A DNA stretch of 64,000 nt from Daphnia carinata (taxonomy: Eukaryota): positions 7,626,001 to 7,690,000 of the forward strand of contig NC_081333.1 of NCBI RefSeq assembly GCF_022539665.2, read 5' to 3'. Numbering within the stretch: the stretch's first letter is position 1; each line of letters opens with the position of its first letter. Of the stretch, positions 57,901-64,000 are shown piece by piece. Below the pieces are notes generated by a model. It worked only from the letters and a program-made list of their open reading frames with translations. It was not told the origin of the DNA and made no database searches. A program made the position numbers and the translations under genes.

Positions 57901-59351
57901 GGTGTATGTGTTGTAATACGCAAGTTTCCCTTGGAACCCAAAAGAAAAAGAGCGGCGCCGATACTCTAATGAGACCACTTGTTCTTTCTGACACGGCCGT
58001 TACCATTTTTTTTTTTTTTTTCCCTTCTTCTTCTTTCTTTTCTTTCCGACACTTTTCCCCTACGACAGACAGGAGGTGGTAGAGCAAGAAGGGGGGGGAG
58101 GAAAGAACACAGTCATCTCCCGCAGAGCATTGGCACATTTTACTCCGTGCTCTTCAATTATTACGCTCCACACACGTCGCCAGCACAACACGACACCCAT
58201 CAACTTCCAAACTTCTTCTTCTTCTTTTATCCCCCCCTCTATTTTTGCCCGTTGAAAAAAAAAAAAAAAATGAAAGAAAAAATAGCGACTTGAATGCAAG
58301 AATGAAACATATCAACTACCCCCCCTTATCTTCCGTTACGCATCAAGACCCATCATCCCCCCCCCACTTCAGACCAAAAAAAGGAAAAAATGGTTCAAAA
58401 GAAAACTAACAAGGATATTACTATTATTATTAGATGCTACATCTAGACGTCTAGCGGTACAGACACACAGTTGTTCTTTTTTTTTTTTTTGTAATAATAA
58501 TAATAATAATAAGGGCCTGATAATACTATGTGTATATACGTACTTGGTGGAGAGAATGAGTTCTTTTCGTCGGTACTGGTCACTAGGGTCCGTGTGCTGG
58601 CGGCACAGGTACTCGGCCACTTGTCGCGATGGGAACTCTGTCTCGCAGACGTAGCCGAAATCGCGGGCCAGGTGAATTGCCTCGCCTATTGAAAAATGAG
58701 AATAAATCAAATTTGAGTGTTTAATTTCACGGATTGAAAATAGCAAAAAACACGAATCGATAATAACCGAAATTTCAGTTGATCGTTAAAATGAGGCGGT
58801 TTACAAAATTCAACTGATTTTCTACAATTGTCGCCATGTTTACAAGTTACAGGTGAGCAGAGCGCAGTGAAAATGCACGTCTAAGTTCAAAGTGGTTGGT
58901 AGACATAATTTTTCTAATATTATAAAACATAATAGTAGCTTTTTTTTTTTTTTTTAATTTTAGGTGGAAGGGGGAGTGCACTTGCTTGCAAGGGCGCCTA
59001 TGTTTTTGTTTTTTTCGGATGGGGTGGACGGGGGATTCGCGGGGTATTTCCGGAATGGAAGAGGCTAATTAGGGAAACACAGGGCAAGAATAAGAAAACT
59101 AAAAAAAAAAAAAAAATGAAATAAAATTTAAAAGAAAAGCCAAAACAACAACAACGGGAAGACGGCAATTTCATTTGTCCGCGTCTGTCGGGATTCCTAC
59201 CCCACTCCTACACACTCGGCCCTCATTTTCAAGAAACAGCCTTCCCTCCCGACTCGCCCAAAAAGAAATGAAATAAAATGAAATAAAAGGAAAACAAAAG
59301 AAAATTGTGGTCAGATGAGAGAGTATATGGCCCACAATATCTTCTACATGG

Positions 59352-59387
<36 letters not shown>

Positions 59388-59676
59388 GAAGGGACGGGAA
59401 AGGAGAAGGGGGGGGGGGGGGGGGGGGGATACAAGGTAAATCAAGAGCACGTCGACAACGGGTTTGCTTTTTCTTTTTAGTATGTGGTAGTTTGTGCGTG
59501 CCGGCCCGTTTTTTTTTCTTTCGTTGTTGTTTTGTTTTCTGTTTGGATTGCACCAGCGTCCCCCCCCCCTCCCCTTCTTCTCCCAGTTCTCGGTTAGCCG
59601 GTTGAATGAATAAAGTAGGGCTGCGGTTTTCCAAAGAAACGCCACCATTTCTCCATTCGGTCGTGAAAGGAGTCCT

Positions 59677-59711
<35 letters not shown>

Positions 59712-62700
59712 CCACACGTAGTTTTACTGAATTGGGTGGTGGTGGTGGGCGAGACGGGTGGGACATATGGGCAAAGGAGGAGAATTAAGAGACAGACGCA
59801 ACACATTCGGTTACATCGAAAATGATGGAGAAACACACACACACACACACACACACACAAATTACAACCTGTTCGTGTTCGCGTATGTGGGCGCGGGTGG
59901 TAACTAAAAAAAAAAAAAGGGAAAAATCGGAAAAAGAGGATCGAAGTGGGGGGAGGAAAAAAAAAAGAAAAGCAGACAGACGACCAAAGAGTGTTTCCGG
60001 CACACACACGTGTGATGTTGCTGTCGTATAGTGTGTGTGTGTGTGTGTGTACGTATTGGGCGTGGAGAGTGGGCAACCCGAAAACCGCAAAACGTAATGA
60101 CGGAAAATTCTTGTTCCCTTTTTTTTTTTTGGTTATTTTCTTGGCAATGCGGCGATTTCCTTTCGGGCAAGACCAGCGCAATGACCCACGTCAGCTTCAA
60201 TAACCGAATACCTCCCTCTTACATTTTGTTTCGTGTTTAAGGACTCACGGAAAACGGGGAAAATCAAAACAGAAAAAAAAAGAAATTAAAATTGAATGGA
60301 CGCATTTCATTCCTGATTTCACACTTTCCCAACAGGTGACAGTAGTTGACATGACAAATTGTTTTCCATTAATTAAATGGCAAAGTTTCTGATGGGCTTC
60401 TAATGGGGGGGGGGGATACTACCTCCTGTCTGACAAGATTCAGGTGGTGGTTGTTGTTATCGTCATTTGTTGTTGTTTTTTTTGGCCGTTTTTCTTCTTT
60501 TTGTTTTCATCATTTCGTAATTTATTGCGTCTTCCTTTTTTGTCTGGCTCTATACGACACCTAGACATGTAAAACGAGATAGGGAAATGAAGGGCCGTCA
60601 AAGAGCAAGCCCTAGAGAATGGTACCGAGTCCGGAGCAATCAAAACACACCTGCGCGTCCGCTAGATTTTTTTTTTATTTTTAGGATTTCGGTTATTTTA
60701 GGATTTTTATTACAAAAGCTTTGCCTTTTTTTCCCCCCCTTTTCGTTCGTCCTACACACTCGATGCTCGCACGTCCATTCTGTTTCTTTTTTTTTAAGGA
60801 CGCTATTTCATTTTTTCTTTCTTATCATTTCATTTTCCCTTTTTTTTTTTTTATCTTCGTTCCTCCATTACACGGATGATCAATGTTTTATCTTTTTTCG
60901 GTGGCAAAAAAAAAAAAAAAAAAAAACGACGAAATCACCACGTGTGAGCAGACCGGAAGTGGTCGAGGGGGTCAAGCAAAAGAGAAGGAACATTCCATTC
61001 TACCACTGTGATTTCCTCCACATTTTCCTCCCGAAAAAAAAAAAAAAAGTACAAAGTAATTATTATCATCACAAAATGAAAGGGGAAAAGAAAAGCAAAA
61101 AGAAAAAAAAAAAAAAAATGAAATAGCCACCACTAAGAAAAGAAGAAGAAGGCCTTGGCTAGCTGTGGCTAACAACGCTCAAGAGGTCACACACTGCAGG
61201 AGACTGGACAGCGAAACACACACACACGTTATTTTTGTTCTCATTTTTTTTTGTGTGTGTGTGTGTGTGTGTATGTTATCTCTCAGCCACACTGTATGTT
61301 TTTTTTTTTTTTTTTTTCTTTCTTATAACAGAAAAGTCTTTTTGCTGCCATCCAATAAATTATTAGCAGACGTACTCGTACACAACACACACACACACAC
61401 ACAGTTCAGGAATCTCATTAAAGATTCTCTCTCTCTCTCTCTTTTTCTTTTGCTTCAAATTTCTCTTTCTGGAAAGAGTTATACTCGACGTATAGTCCTA
61501 GTAGCATACACTTGTTTTTTTTTTACCGCATATAAATATACCTGTGCTAGATAATCTGCTGCCGATCGCTGGAGAGCTATTATCAACAACGGCCAACGTC
61601 AGAACAACAACACCAACAACGAGAAAAGGAGCTGAAAACAAAAAGGCCAAAGAGGGTGGGAGTGGAGAGCGGGAGAGCACATCATTTCTCACGCTCCCCC
61701 CTCCGACAAAAAAAAAAAAGAAAAAAAAGAAAAAGAAAAGAAAGAACTCTTTACCGAGTGCCCCCATCGAGAGAAGCCAAAAAATGAAAACAGCTACTAG
61801 TACCAAAGAAATGGACTCCCTTGACTTTGGGTTCCCTTCTTCTTCCAAATTTTGTTTTAATATTCCTCAGCTTATTAGAGACCATTTAGAGAAGAGAGAG
61901 AACAAGGACTAGGAACAGAAGAAGAGAAGAGAGGGGGGGGGGGGATCCTGACTCGCATACGCGCAGACAAACCGAGGACGGTGCGCTCGTAAAGCAAAAA
62001 GACGCAACACACACACACACACAATGACCGTCAACTTACACGAAGAAAAAAAAAAAAAAAAGTCGAGTTGTTCTGGAACACATTCAACACGGCGGCAACA
62101 AAACAACAGAGAAGCCAAAAAAAAAAAAAAAATGAGTCAAAAAAACCAAAATAAACGAAGAAACGGGAAAATATGGAGGGCAAGAAAGAGAGAGGCAGAA
62201 GGGGGGGGGGGGGTCTCGTGTGTTTCTTCGTCTGCTGGTCTCTTTTTTTGTTTTTTTTTTGTTTTCCTTGTACATGTAAAATGCGGGCGCGGACCGAGAA
62301 AGGGAAGTACTTAACCGTCATTACATCTGGCCTTGGGAACAAATAAAAAGGAAGAAAAAAAAAAAAGAGAATATGATTTTCGACGAAGAAGAAGTGGAGG
62401 AGGAAGAAAACACGGCGCGTCGTTCAGAGGAGATTGTGTTCGCTCTCCCTTCCTGCCTTGTGTCCATTTTTGTTTTTCGTGTTAGAACGTCATTCGAAAA
62501 ACCTCTTGGCTTCGCCCCCCCCCCCACCCTTATTTCCAGGTATTTTTACGGCGTTCGATTGTCGCGCCGTCATAAAAATCAGGAAGAAAAAGAAACGAAA
62601 AAAGATAAACAGAAAATAACGTTTGCCAGTGGAGAGCAAATGAAGAAAAAAGAAAAACCAAACCCTAACCTTGGCTCGTTTCTCTCTTCGTTCGTTTCGT

Positions 62701-64000
62701 AAAAAAAAAAGAAAGAAAGAAATGATATTACACACGACGTGGTGGACACACACACACACACACAAAATATAATACCTCTATTTGGTTATCCTTTTTTTTT
62801 TCGAAAATATTGACGAAGCGTCGTAGTTTGTATGTTTTTTTTTCTAGCTAGAAATCCTCGATTTCTTTAAATGTTATGCCGAACTATTTTTTTTTTTTTT
62901 TAGGGGAGAAAAAAAAATCGAATTCAAAAATCGTTTGAAAAAAAAAAAAAACTCCGGTGAAAACGACACGTGTAACCTTCTGACGACTTGACATTTGATG
63001 GAGTTTCTTGCATTTCTCGAAATAAACAGGACAAGAAAAAAAAAAAAAAAAAGAGACAAGACGTGATGACGACAGTGTGACGATGTTTCCTTGTGGGAAG
63101 GTTAGCCGTTTAGGCAATTCAAAATTCGCGGCGGGAAGTCCGACATCTGTCAATCATCTTCCCTCCCCATGAAAAACCAACTAACCCCTCAGTCAATCCA
63201 CCCCTCGTATGTGTTTTTTTTTCTTTTCTATTATTACAAAAAAAAAAAAATAAAAAAAAAATGGAAATGTTTTAAATATAAAAAAGGAAACACGGGAGGG
63301 GGGGGGGCAGTTCTCTCTCATCTTTGTAGGAAAAAAAAAAATCGAATCTCGTCAAGTGAAGAACGAAAATGTGTGGAGCGAACAAAACTGATGGGACCCA
63401 AACACAACAGATGACACCGACAATGGGACAAGAATGAAAGAGGGGGGGGGGGCATGGGGCGTAGTCGGAACTTTAAAAAAAAAAAAAAAAAATCAAGCCG
63501 AGGGAAAATTGCCCGTCTCACTGTCACGTACGTAGAGGGACGGCCCGATTCCGTGTTTGTCGGCAGACCCCCCCCCCCCCCCCCATATTGAATACAAATC
63601 AATCGACTTCGCCATCCACACACACACACACACATATACACACCCCTAACGCCCCTCTCCTCCACTTCTTCTATTCAATTTGAACGATAAAGTCAAAATC
63701 GCTGAAAGAAACTAAGCGATTCTTGCCGGATGATTTGAAATTCCCGCTGACACTAGGGGGAATTTTCTTTTTTTTTTTTGAAAAAAAAAAAAAAAAGATT
63801 CACAAGTGGGTCGGTTCCATGTCCACAAAAAAAGATACAAGTGTCGCAAGAAAAAAAAAAAAAAAAAAAAAAGCGAGTGGTGATGGAAGAAATGGTGGGT
63901 TGGGAATCAATTGATAGGCAAACACAAAAGTTTTCGATCCTTCAAAACATCGTTGCTTTCCATATTTTCCCAAACTACTCCGGCGATACGGGTATCGAAA
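51200..64000. repeat. Low-complexity non-coding region rich in poly(A)/poly(T), poly(G/C), (CA)n and (GA)n tracts (AP-2 3' flank/UTR and large intron)
   Basis: Dozens of homopolymer runs of 10 nt or more and CA repeats (e.g. ~54958, 56405, 59833, 60030). Apart from the AP-2 exon pieces, ORF-track peptides here are poly-K/poly-F. Confidence 0.85.
57278..58685 (-). CDS. TfAP-2: Transcription factor AP-2, last three exons (5' part lies beyond the window)
   Basis: [19 protein letters not shown] (58685-58544), [11 protein letters not shown]...[24 protein letters not shown] (57696-57525), and [12 protein letters not shown]...QK* (57379-57278). Confidence 0.95.

Noticed and set aside
51147..63914. 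Numerous poly-Lys/poly-Phe/Cys-Val ORFs
   Set aside because: These are translations of homopolymer and dinucleotide repeats. Only the AP-2 exons are supported.

Overview
Eukaryotic, gene-dense arthropod genomic DNA. The many 55-70 nt GT-AG introns and arthropod-type proteins suggest a Daphnia-like branchiopod crustacean (inference). Positions 1-32 kb hold compact housekeeping genes: GDP-mannose 4,6-dehydratase, beta-tubulin, a small CENP-W-like histone-fold gene missing from the ORF track, guanylate kinase, ATG13, reticulocalbin-2, a selenocysteine (UGA) MsrA with a SECIS, two small membrane-protein ORFs, DPM1, virilizer, a CUB/LDLa membrane protein and PSMA7. Positions 33.0-43.1 kb are a ~10-kb palindrome of palindromes: four ~2.2-2.3-kb arms in +/-/+/- order. 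Each arm carries a decayed multi-exon gene and a conserved hairpin cluster, and the two ~0.5-kb loops each hold three tRNA-derived units, in opposite orientations. Positions 43-51 kb hold SNAPC1, an Msx-like homeobox gene, ZC3H14/Nab2 and a secreted chitin-binding peptide. Positions 51-64 kb are low-complexity non-coding DNA around the last three exons of an AP-2 transcription factor. Exon structures and homology calls were made by eye from memory of the families; no searches were run.
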